From assembly GCA_023334545.1 (NCBI GenBank), contig JAADVB010000037.1, positions 1 through 64,000 of the forward strand: a stretch of DNA of 64,000 nucleotides. The letters are read 5' to 3'. The DNA is from Salisapilia sapeloensis CBS 127946. Lineage: Eukaryota; Protista; Oomycota. Within the stretch, counting starts at the first letter, position 1. Each line of letters opens with the position of its first letter. Shown here in pieces: positions 53,290-64,000 of the stretch. The position numbers and the translations under genes were made by a program. The notes under the pieces were generated by a model that saw only the letters and a list, made by a program, of their open reading frames with translations, had not been told where the DNA came from and ran no database searches.

Positions 53290-54140
53290 CGGACAAATGA
53301 AGAAGAGTAGAGCCCAGTTTTGCTCTTGATCAAGTTCATTCTTAGGCATTCGTGCGTCATCTTTTTGAAGCATGCATCTCAGCAATAATACATGCGAGTT
53401 TGTTTGTTCGACATAAGATCAGTGTTTTTGGAAGAGAGCTCAATGTGCATCATTTCAACGTAAATGACGGGCCGGTAGTTTCGTGAACGCTCTTGAGCTC
53501 AAACAAAGTATCATAGTAAAACGAAGAGTTTATGATCAACACCGAAGTGGTGAAGAGGCTTGCTCAAAATATAGCTCATTGTACTGCTCGACACGCCTGA
53601 TACATATGATAATATAGTTTGTATCTTTGGAATGACGAACATGAATCGAACCAAGAAAGAGGGAGCGAGGTTGAGTACAGAGACAATCTTTCCTGTTCTA
53701 TAACAACGAGAATCGCTTGCTGCATTAAAAGAACGCTTTCCTATACTCGGGATCATCGACATTATCTCTATCATGTTCGCAATGGATTTGTTGTGATGGA
53801 ACTGCCAACTGCCTGCTTTGAAATTGCCAAGCATGACAAAGGATGACCACCAGCACATCCACCTCATTTAGCTGCTAAGCATCATAATTTACGCATCTTC
53901 AGGTGTATAGCACGTCCCTCAATGCACATGACGCTGTAGTCTTCGCTTCCAGATTACCAGTACGCTGGAATCAAATAGTCTTATCGATAGGTACCTTTAC
54001 ATGCATAACAAAAGATCGTATCTCATCTCCATCCTTATCTAGCATATCAAGATGCGTATCCACCAGATCTATCAACAGATCTACCAACTGATCCAATCCT
54101 GATAGGCGCTACCATACTTTAAGCAAGACGAGGTCCATGT
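53290..54140 (-). CDS. Putative intron-rich orphan gene; model unresolved
   Basis: Short protein-like helical segments (LVDLLIDLVDTHLDMLDK..., VDVLVVILCHAWQFQ..., EQERLSLYS...) separated by stops and GT/AG-like boundaries; fills the gap between convergent/divergent neighbours. Confidence 0.25.
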
Positions 54141-54242
54141 CGATTCCAAGTGTCCGAAACGCGTGGCGCGTACTTAGTCGAGAGCGTAGATCCAGGTACC
54201 AAACGCACTAGACACAAGTAGCTCTCACAGGGGGTAGCGACG

Positions 54243-57200
54243 ATGAGCGCACCGCCGAACCAAAACTACGGTCGCGTACCTGCGCAGCAACCGGGGCAGC
54301 AGCCCCACATGCGTCCTCAGCAGCCTCGAGGCTTCCGACCGTTCAATCCTGGTCAACAGCCACAGCAGATGCCGAATCAGGGACCGCCCTCTGGAAACGC
54401 AGCTCGGCCGCAAGGATTTGCCGGACCGCGCGGGTCTCCTGCGAACGGCAACGCACCGATGCAGTTCCGAGGACCTCCTTCGAATGGAAGTCAGTCCAGT
54501 ATGACTGCTCGGGGAGCTCCGTCGCCTTCGCAAGGGATGCGAGGTCCACCTTCTGGAGGACAGCCTTCCCCTGCTGGATTGAACAACCAGTTTAACAATA
54601 TGAGCTTCCGAGGTCCTCCTGCTTCGCCTCAGCAACCGCAAATGCGAGGTGCTCCTCCTGCAAATCAAATGCGAGGACCTCCTCCCAACCAGATGAGAGG
54701 TCCTCCACCGTCACCGTCGCAAAGTCAGCCGCAGATGCGAGGCCCCAACCAGATGAGAGGTCCACCTGGGCAGAACCAAATGCGTGGTCCACCTCCTGTA
54801 GGCCAACCTCAGATGAGAGGCCCTCCGCAACAGATGAGAGGACCGCCGAATGGTCAGCAGCAGGGTCCTCCGCGTCCAGGTCCTCAAGGCATGAAGCAAC
54901 CGCCATCTCCTGCACCCCAAGGCATGCAGCAAGGTCCTCCGCCCCCTGGTAAATACATGCAGCAACCACCTCCGCCTGGACCTCAAGGTATGCAGCAACC
55001 TCCTCAAGGACCGTCGAATCCGCCACGAGGACCTGCGTATCCTACAGGAAACTTCCAGCAGTCGAACGATATGATGGGTATGTGTATGCTTTTTACGGTT
55101 TATAAATGTCTGGAACGTATATAGTTGACAGCGTAAATGCTAACTTTATTGCTGCGATAGGACATGCAAAAGGTCCTGGGATGCAAGGGTATGCTCCTCA
55201 GATGCACGGACAAGTCCAGCAGCCAGTGTTGAGTGAAGAGCAGATCGCTGCACAGTGCCACAAGCGGTACATGCAGCCAACTGTAAGCGTTTTGCCTCAC
55301 TCGCAGGAAGATGCGAACAAGAGCAAGCTGTCCTTTGGTGTAGTCATCCGACCTTTGGCACCGCAACCAGAAGACGACCCAATCGACGTGGTTAACTTTG
55401 GCCAGGCGGGCGTTGTCCGCTGTCGATACTGTCGGTCGTACGTGAATCCGTTCGTCCAGTGGGTGGACAACGGGCGGCGTTTCCGTTGTAACATCTGCGG
55501 CACCGCTACGGACGTCCCTAGTGCCTACTACTGCCATTTAGATGCGAGTCAGCAGCGTCAGGATCGGTTCGAACGACCGGAATTGAGCAAGGGTAGTATT
55601 GAAATCATCGCTCCGTCCGAGTACTTGATGCGTCCACCGCAGCCACCGTGCTACATATTCGTTTTGGACGTGTCAGCGCAGTCCATTGCTTCTGGCATGT
55701 TGCAACAGGCTGCCGTGACGATTCGTGCACAGCTGGACAACCTTCCTGGTTCCCCTCGTACGCGCGTCGGGTTCTTGACGTACGACAACGCAATACACTT
55801 TTATAACCTCAAGCCGACGCTTAAAGCTCCTCAGATGATGGTCGTATCGGACTTGGAAGAGCTGTTCATTCCGATTCCGGACGAGCTACTCGTCAACTTG
55901 AGCGACTCGCGCGAGATGGTCGAGATGCTGTTGGAGACGCTTCCGTCCATCCACGCCAACGCCAGTCGAGCAGAGACTGCGCTCGGGTCTGCCATTCGTG
56001 TCGCATTTAAACTCATGTCTCCTATCGGAGGTAAGATGATGGTCTTCCAGTCTGCTCTCCCGACGACAGGTGCCGGGGCTTTGCGACATCGAGAGGATCC
56101 ACGTATCCTCGGTACGGATAAGGAACACTCACTCCTAAACCCAGTGGATACGTACTACCGAACGAACGCTATTGACTTTAACCGACAGCAAATCACTGTC
56201 GACATGTTCCTGTGCGCGAATCAGTACACGGACGTGGCGTCTCTCGGCTCGCTCGTCAAGTTCAGTGGCGGTCAGCTACACTACTACCCTGGCTTTGACG
56301 CCGAGGTGCATGGAGAAAAGCTCGATCGTGACTTGACTCGCTGTCTGACGCGAGAGACGGCGTGGGAGGGCGTCATCCGAGTGCGCTGCACGAAGGGTAT
56401 GCGCCTCACCAACTTTTATGGCAACGCCTTCCTCCGTGGTCCGGATCTCTTGGCACTGCCAACGACCCATGCAGACGCAGCGTTTGCAGTCGAGATTGCA
56501 CACAGTGATGCACTCCTGAGCTCTTCCACGGTGAGCATCCAGGCAGGTACGTTGTATACGAACTCTGGTGGTGAGCGTCGTATTCGAGTGCACACGATCT
56601 GTCTACCTGTGTCCAAGTTGTATGCCGAACTCTTCCGATCGGTAGATATGGATGCGATGTGCAATCTGATGGCCAAGAACGCGCTTGAGGCGTCGCTCAA
56701 GACCGGATTGTCTGCATCTCGTGCCAAATTGCAGCAGCAGTGTGCGGATATCGTGCGTGCTTATCGTGGCTCTGGCGCGTATGGCACTTCTCAGAGTGCA
56801 GGGTATCAACTGCAGCTGCCGGATTCACTCCAACTACTTCCGCTGTACGTCATGTCGCTACTGAAGAACCCGGCGCTACGAGGCGGCGTCGACTTGAACT
56901 CAGACGAACGCGCATTTGCCCAGTCGTGTTTGAACAACATGCCAGCGAGTCAATCCAAGTACTACATCTACCCGAGACTCTTTCCGCTGCATGAGCTGCC
57001 GACGGAAGCTGGAAAGCCTTGTCCGGCGGAAGATGACTCGTTCACGACTGCTGGCGACAAGAAGATCGTCTTGCCTCCAGTCTTAAATCTGTCCATAGAG
57101 CGCATGGGATCCGAAGGAGTGTATTTGCTGGACGACGCACTAACCTTCTACCTCTGGGTCGGTCGATCTGCCCCTGCGCCATTGCTGCATAGTCTCTTTG

Positions 57201-57539
57201 GCACTGATTCGCTGGAAGGCGTTGACTGCCACAAGGTACCTAGACAACTTATTCCTCTAATCCGTTTCACTATTGATTCGCTCATATATTGTATTGGTGC
57301 AGGTGAAACTGAAAGAGCCGCATGATGAATTGAGTGCGAGAGTGCATGCGATGCTGGATGCGATCCGAGAGGATAGGAGTCTTTATCAGCAAGTCACGGT
57401 CATGCGCGAAGGCGATCCGTCTGAAGGGCGTTTCTTCTGGCGACTTGTAGAGGACCGAGCGAGCTTTGATGGCGGCTCGTACTCGTACTCGGAGTACCTT
57501 GGACAGATCAATCGCCAGAGCATGGGTGCCGCCAAATAG
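54243..57539 (+). CDS. SEC24: COPII coat protein Sec24 with P/Q/G-rich N-terminal extension (three exons)
   Basis: QMRGPP repeats; zinc finger RCRYCRSYVNPF..RCNIC; RPELSKGSIEIIAPSEY; YIFVLDVS; RETAWEGVIRVRCT; ERRIRVHT; LPLYVMSLLK; introns near 55079-55160 and 57236-57302. Confidence 0.95.
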
Positions 57540-58110
57540 GTGGTGGCACGTTGGAACTTAAGAAGAGGAATTAGTAGAAACGAGAACAAAGACCAACAGT
57601 TGTACGCTGTCATATGCTTCTTTGTATTCTGCTCAATGCTTATAAATTTAATTCATGGGGGTGTACAATCCCATGACTGTTTTTGTTTACAGGCGACGGC
57701 ACCACTGGCGAGATGGATAGGAACAGCAAATGGGATAGTCTACACGTGCGCCAGTAGCTTCGTGGAAAACAGTTACTTTGACCTTCGTGGCTTTCATCGA
57801 ATGCGAACCAGCGAAGCGGTATAATGCTTTTCGTATCAAACAAATGGAAGGCCGTTGTAGTGGTCTATTTATAGCGAAAGGTTTAGCTAGTGGCCATCGC
57901 TTGAGTTTCATGCATGGAAATTTGGATGAAACACCAACTGCTTATCCTCTCCCTTCGATAAACTTGAAGGTGACAGAATGCTCGTTGACTATCGGGATAG
58001 GCTACATAATTGTTGGAAACGTCCTCAGCATCAGTCCCATATGCCTTCATCATCCCACGAGGACGAAGGGTGCTCAGAACTCAGTTGGCAAAAGGTGCTC
58101 TTCTGGAACT

Positions 58111-59022
58111 ATGGCAGTCCCGGCGGTCTTTTATCCTTCAATCGTCTCGGTCCCACCTCGACGGGGTTTGGCTGTCTCAATGCTATCCACGTCGTCAAAC
58201 ACGCATGACGGAAAGTATACGAACAGGCTTACCGCTTCCGTTCTTGAAACAATGAACAGCTACGAGGAGGTGTCCAAGGGTGACAGCAAGAGCGAGTTGG
58301 GAAGGACTTTCAACTCCGACTTGATGTCAACGGTTATGTCTAGCTCTAGCTCGGGTAGTACCCCAGCATCTCCAGTATCGACGGAAGAAAGCAAGCCGTC
58401 CATTCAAGGTTGGATGTATTTACTTCAGGACCAGTCTCAAAGCGATGAACGAAGGGAATTTATTTTTACTGCAAGTCATGGCCGAATGGATGCAAGCTCT
58501 ACGAAGTCACTCAAACGTTTTACAAAAGTCTATGCGGTGCTGCATGACCAATTCTTATTGCTCTATCGATACAAACTGAAGTCAAGATCCAATGTTCGCG
58601 CTCCGCTCATCCAAATTGCTGTCTCGGAAGCTGGCTCGACACTGGATGGGACATTACATGTCAAAGATGCGTATGGACACCAACTTCAGCTACACCTGTA
58701 CGATCGAAGCGAGTTGAGCTTGGAAAGTTGGAGGAAGGCTCTTACGATTGCCACCCTTTTGACTCAAGATCATCTCAAAACCGTCGACTTTAACATCGAT
58801 AAGTTACCACGCAACAGCATGTATCGTGGCACATTGCGAAAGCCGCGTAAAGCAAAGACAGTATCCAAGTTCAGAAGATTCGAGTCGACCAAGGAAAGGC
58901 TTCGTAATTGGGCTAAGCGATCACTGGGTCGTAGCCGTGAGTCAGAGGTGGATTTGGACGTATCTTCTTTGTCTATTAGCTCTGCAGAAGTAAAAACGGA
59001 TTTTCGCCTCACTCACCATTAA
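58111..59022 (+). CDS. PH-domain protein
   Basis: ATG at 58111; IQGWMYLL, FTKVYAVLHDQFLLLY and a terminal helix SLESWRKAL. Confidence 0.7.
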   Translation: MAVPAVFYPSIVSVPPRRGLAVSMLSTSSNTHDGKYTNRLTASVLETMNSYEEVSKGDSKSELGRTFNSDLMSTVMSSSSSGSTPASPVSTEESKPSIQGWMYLLQDQSQSDERREFIFTASHGRMDASSTKSLKRFTKVYAVLHDQFLLLYRYKLKSRSNVRAPLIQIAVSEAGSTLDGTLHVKDAYGHQLQLHLYDRSELSLESWRKALTIATLLTQDHLKTVDFNIDKLPRNSMYRGTLRKPRKAKTVSKFRRFESTKERLRNWAKRSLGRSRESEVDLDVSSLSISSAEVKTDFRLTHH

Positions 59023-59128
59023 TTCCGCACACTCGATATGATGTACGAGTCGGAGAATGATCGATATCCCTGATAGTATGCCTTTAAAATTACCCGTTCA
59101 GAAATAGTAAAATGGGAACTTCCAAATA

Positions 59129-62100
59129 CTACGTAATGGTGCAGCCTTTTGCACCTTTCGCTTTATTCGTGCTTTGTTCCGTTTCATCATGCTTCCTTTG
59201 TGTAAGCGATTCTTGGACAATCTCTTTTTCAGTCTTCTTATTTACACTTTCATGGCCTACACACACAACTTTTTCAATCGACTTTACCTCATCTTTCGGA
59301 GTTTGCTTGTCTTGTACATTCTGAAGAGGCGGGTTGGGTAGATTGGCAGACAGACTTGTGTTAACTAGTAGAGAGTTACCACTGTTAGACTCTACATCTT
59401 TTCGTGGCAGCATGTGCGACATTGAGCTCGCTTTGCGTATTGACTTTGTATCTCTACTTGGGACACCCTCATGCATTAATATCTGCTCTCCAAGCCGAGA
59501 CTGTAGCTGTTTATTTACGAGTTTCATCTTCGCAACCATCGCTGCGAGTTCTTCCTTTTCTCTACTCTCTTGCCGTAACTTGGAAAATAGCTCTTCCGCT
59601 TCTCGACTCTTCATTTCCAACTCTTGCGTATTCTCAGCAAGTAGGTTACTTTGTAAATCCAACTCTTGTCTACATTTGAATAATTCACTCTTCATCTTCT
59701 CACGCTCTGCCTGCGCATCTCGTCGCCTTTGTTTCGTCACCTCGGCTTTCTTCTGCAACTCGTCGTCGTCCACTGCATCCATGTCAAGGAATGTAATGGC
59801 ATTCTCACTGTCGTCAACGTTGGACGCTTCAGCCTCTTCTCGTACTTGGTCGTTGTGTTCTCCAGCTTTTGCTTCTAATCCAAATGCACGAATCTCCAAT
59901 GGGAGGCTACAGAAACGTGTAATCAAGTCTGCAGAGATGATCGACTCAATCATAGCACGAAAGCCAACCACCGGGTTCACAGACGCTTTAGAAGCTGCGG
60001 CCGATCGTCGAATTACATTCGGAACAGCTTCGTCCGGATCCTCCCATTCGAATTCCACAAACACATCTTGGCATCGTCGTCCCGGAATACCTTCAAGTCG
60101 ATCAATCACAACATTTAATCTTAGCTTCGAGCCAATGTGCTCTTCCAACAACGGCAAATGGACATCTGCTACGGTCGAGTCGTCATTAAGTCCATCTAAC
60201 AACTTATGCTGCCTCGCTTGCCACTCGTGTGACAGAATGGTAATGGAGATATCACACACAGCATGGCCACATATCTCGCCAGAGTTATTAAACAATGGAG
60301 CAGTGTCCATTACTTTGCATCCATACACAAGACTATCCAAGTAGACAAAGCTTTTGCCGATCAATTCCGACTTGGGTACGTTCAAGAACGGATCGGACAA
60401 TCCCGTTGGGTATTTATCGGCAGAAGATTGTACATTGTCAGGTAGAAACCAGTCATGAAAGTCGAGTTGAGTACGACCGCTTTCAATAAATACTTGATAC
60501 ATCTCTCGCATGGTAAACAAACACGTATGAAAGTGGTCCATTTCCCATACACTCGTTCGATATGCTCCACCATAGCCATAAAACTTTGCACGAACTTGCA
60601 ACATGGGGTATATGCCTTCACCGATCACCAGTTCTTCTTCATATATCGTCATGCACTTACGACTTGACAAGTCTGTAGGAGAGACCGATCCAGCGACCAG
60701 TTGAAGAGCAAACACAACTCGCTTTTGCAACTCTTCCGCGATCGAATTTGCTTCGTTAACCAACGGAATGCACTGGAGCAGCACTTCGTCAAACGTCGAC
60801 CGCTCTCTTCGTTCCCTCTCTTTCTGTTTTAGCAATGCCTGTGCCTCATTCATCTGCTTTTGGAGAGATATTTCTAGCTGTTGTTGCTTTTCTAGTAACT
60901 CCTTTTGCTTTTCATCAAACACGAGTTCGTTTTTTGCCAATTGCTCCGCAAGCTTTGCCTCTTGCTCTGCAAGTTGTTGCGCGAGTTTCTGCCTGTCCGC
61001 CTCACTTTCATTCACCATCTCACGCTTCATCTCCTCCTCCTTTGTCTTCAACTGTTGCTGGAGTTCACTCACATGTCGTTCCCATTCTTCCCTTTGGTGT
61101 GCTAGTTTGTCTTCTGCAGTCTTTGTCTCTATAGTCAACACCTCCTCCATCCTCCGTACTTTAGCTTCCATCTCTTTCTTCTCTTGCTCCCGAGCAGCCA
61201 CTTCCTCTGCTGCCGACTGCATTTGGGACGAAAACTGCTCTTTCATAGCATACTGCCAGTCGTACTCTGCTTCTTCCGCTACATCGTCTCCGTCTCTGCA
61301 GGAGGGTATAACGACACGAAAGACGTTAAAGTTACCAAGTATCAGTCGATCACAATGGTTTAAAGGAATGTCGCGGGTATTAGCTACTGGCCGTCCATTC
61401 AAGGATACTTTTGCGCCCTTGAAACACCGAATGAATAGCTTGTCTTTGGAACTAGACTCCGTTTCTTCATTATCATCATCCTCGTCCATAGGTTCGACAC
61501 AATCACAAGTCCGATGGATAACACAGTGCTCGGCGGTGACGCCGAGACCACCAATGATGATATTCTGTGTCTGTGTCGCATCCTCCCGACCTATCTTGTT
61601 CTCGCCCGTCGACAGAAAGTAGACGAGCTTCTCCGACATGAGTCGATCTTCATTCAAGTTTAATAAATGCGGCTCAGAAGACATCTTGACTTTGAGCTCG
61701 CCAGGATTGCTCACGAGGCCTAGATGCTTGAGCTCTTCCTCACGTTTCTTCGCGAGCTCTTCCGTCTCTCTCAGTCGTTCTGCCCATGACTTTTCTTTTT
61801 CCTCTATCAATTGCTGTTGTGCTGCCAACTCTTCCTTAACTCTTTCCACTTCTTTCGCACGTTCCTCAAGTCTTGTCGGACTACAGTCGCCTAAGCCATT
61901 TTCTCCTTCATGTCCAAACCCACGCGACATGGGTCGTTCTAATGCAGCAGTTGAGATTGTTCGACGCAAGGTTTCCAGTTCTTCTCGAAGCTGTCGGATG
62001 AGCTGCTGACTCGGATCTTCATTCACCACTGCCTTGGTTCTGATTTGTTTTGCCCGATCGGCGTATCGTAAAGTACTTAACGTTTCTGAGTAATTCACAC

Positions 62101-63176
62101 TTGCTGGACTTAATGCTGCGATCATAATCGTTTTAGAGTTACCTCCAAGAGAGTCCTTCAGTAAATAAGTCAGCTTGGAATTACGAAATGGAATGACGAT
62201 GCCCTTCTTTCCATTGGCAGCATCTGCAAGTGCTGATATGCAATTTCCCAAAGACGATAGTGACTGATTGATTGCTGCGCCTTCCTTCAGTCGAAAGCCA
62301 GTCGCACCTGTGCTAGCAGCTCGTTCACTTCCGGCTAAATCGATGAGATTGATACGACTAACTTTCTCATGCGTCTTATCTGATATAGGGTCTTTTTCTA
62401 CTTGCGTCAATGTCACTTGAAAGATCGTGTGCGCACGGGAGCTCGTTGCGTTCATGTTCGTCGCTGCCGTCGTCCTGGACAAGATTCCAGTATCCATTAA
62501 CTACGCAAAGTGAGGTTGTTTATCTCTAGAGTGTTCATACAGCACTCACCCGACTGATTTCCTCGTACGAGCTGACTGCACTACGCGTTAAACCCTCTGC
62601 GTAAGGTCCTTGGCTCGGATGATCCCGAACCTTTAAATTGTCCATCACCGGATTAAACAAATCTACAAGTACGATCAATCAGGATCGGTTGGAAGATTGG
62701 AATGACAGGACGAATGTACCTTTGACTCGCTCATTGTAGATTTCCATCATACTCGCTTCAACTTTAAAGGTCACCTCGTTCGGATCGCTTGCTTGGATGC
62801 GTGCGAAGATAACCTCACATGCACGAGGGATGATCCCTTTATCCTCTCCATACCCAACCATGGAGAATGACTTACCAGACCCGGTCTGACCATATGCGAA
62901 CAGACTGACATTGAACCCTTGCCAAGCGTGTTCCAGAACAGTAATCCCAAGATCATTCCAGACAGTCTCTTGAGAGGCAAAACTCGGATGATTGGATGGC
63001 AGGAAACTATTGTAGCTGTAGTCGAATGTAAAGCTTTTATCAACACCGGACTCGGGGTCTGTGATGATCGTTTGCTGCATCTGTGGCAGCATCCGCAGAC
63101 AGCAAGAGGCTGCCATGCCTCTCTCTCGCTCATTAAAAGGACGTACTCGTACAGCAACTTGCACATTGTCCGACAT
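59129..63176 (-). CDS. Kinesin-3 family motor (KIF1/KIF13/KIF28-like) with FHA domain (three exons)
   Basis: VQVAVRVRPFNERE, FAYGQTGSGKSFS, NATSSRAH, DLAGSER, IPFRNSKLTYLLKDSLGGNSKT, PHLLNLNEDRLMS..FHA, PLVNEANSIAEEL; two short introns near 62500-62720. Confidence 0.93.
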
Positions 63177-63411
63177 ATCGCCCTACGAAGCTCGTCTCAC
63201 ACATCCTAATTATAAGTCATCATGCGTTTCATTCGCGTGACAGCATTGTACCATCTACGGTGCTTCTACAATCTACCACCGATTTACATATCTTCAACAA
63301 AGTATGGTCGGTCGACCCTTGACGGCCACAAACTTCGGACACAAGCATAGACACGCTGACCGCCGGAAGTGTATCTCGCACTTGCTACATTTCAAGTCCC
63401 TCGATCTATTC

Positions 63412-64000
63412 ATGCAAGTGCTATGGGCTGTACGTGACCGGGCAATGCACCCTAGGACGCTGCTAGGTGCGCGTAGCCGCATCTTGTCGACGCAGAGCTC
63501 GGCAGTGGCATCGCAAGCGCCAGCTAGCACCGTCCCGGCGGAAAAGATGAGCCAACGCGATGCTTTCAAGCACAACCTGACCATCTACTCGCAATTGTCC
63601 AAGTCTAGGCTCAGCGCTCTTGTCGTGATGACGAGTGGAGCAGGCTTCCTCATGGCAGGTGGACCCATCGCCTGGGGTCCTCTCGCTGCCTGCACCGTAG
63701 GTACGTCTCTAGCCGCTGCCTCAGCGAATACGTGGAACCAGATCTGGGAAATCGAACTGGATGGCAAGATGCAGCGCACTCGCCACCGACCACTTCCCAG
63801 CGGACGCGTTTCTCGTGAGAAAGCTGTGCGCTTTGGTGTTGGTACCGCCGCTGTGAGCACTGCGTTGCTCGCGACGTGTTGCAACCCTCTTACAGCTGCT
63901 CTGGGTGCATCCAACATTGGTCTTTATGCTCTAGCGTACACGCCTATGAAGACCAGGAGCGAATGGAACACATGGGTAGGCGCGGTGGTCGGAGCCATTC
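63412..64000 (+). CDS. COX10: Protoheme IX farnesyltransferase (heme O synthase), 3'-truncated by the window end
   Basis: Not in the track because it has no stop. Translates to YSQLSKSRLSALVVMTS, AASANTWNQIWEIELDGKMQRTRHRPLPSG, YTPMKTRSEWNTWVGAVVGAI. An alternative in-frame ATG lies at 63304. Confidence 0.92.
   Translation, partial: MQVLWAVRDRAMHPRTLLGARSRILSTQSSAVASQAPASTVPAEKMSQRDAFKHNLTIYSQLSKSRLSALVVMTSGAGFLMAGGPIAWGPLAACTVGTSLAAASANTWNQIWEIELDGKMQRTRHRPLPSGRVSREKAVRFGVGTAAVSTALLATCCNPLTAALGASNIGLYALAYTPMKTRSEWNTWVGAVVGAI

Noticed and set aside
1-64000. Apparent patchy GC and codon usage (GC-richer ESD, GART, CDPK, SEC24 versus AT-richer HEI10, TBP, kinesin) as horizontal transfer
   Set aside because: Judged by eye only; the genes are core eukaryotic, so expression-linked codon bias is the simpler explanation.

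Overview
Gene-dense eukaryotic genomic DNA, most consistent with an oomycete (stramenopile). This is an inference from short GT-AG introns mostly of about 50-60 nt, a plant/stramenopile-type CDPK, WRKY19-like C-x4-C...C-x2-HGGG zinc fingers and mucin-like TRP-family membrane proteins. About 40 protein-coding genes tile the window, many as head-to-head pairs about 100-290 nt apart or tail-to-tail pairs about 30-100 nt apart. The ORF track splits or mis-starts many genes because of introns, so gene models were rebuilt by hand where splice junctions restore a recognisable reading frame. Recognised genes: MFS transporter, TRIP4/Rqt4-like, GGH, S-formylglutathione hydrolase, a PurH-N-like/PurD/PurN/PurM fusion, RCC1-repeat protein, PITHD1, HEI10-like RING, a divergent TBP, FCF1/UTP24, CD2BP2, CUE protein, folate-receptor-like protein, LSM12, NDUFB7, CDPK, TCF25/Rqc1, EDR2-C protein, MBOAT sterol acyltransferase, histidine phosphatase, DTWD1-like, SEC24, PH protein, kinesin-3 and COX10 (partial). 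The best leads are a duplicated mucin-ectodomain/TRP-like membrane protein pair flanking an MFS transporter, the four-domain purine fusion with non-animal domain order, a RUN-pseudoRhoGAP-ELMO protein, a TBP paralog missing TATA-intercalating Phe residues, and a candidate H/ACA snoRNA in an oversized NDUFB7 intron. No rRNA, tRNA, CRISPR array or recognisable transposon was seen. All homology calls come from motif recognition, not from database searches.
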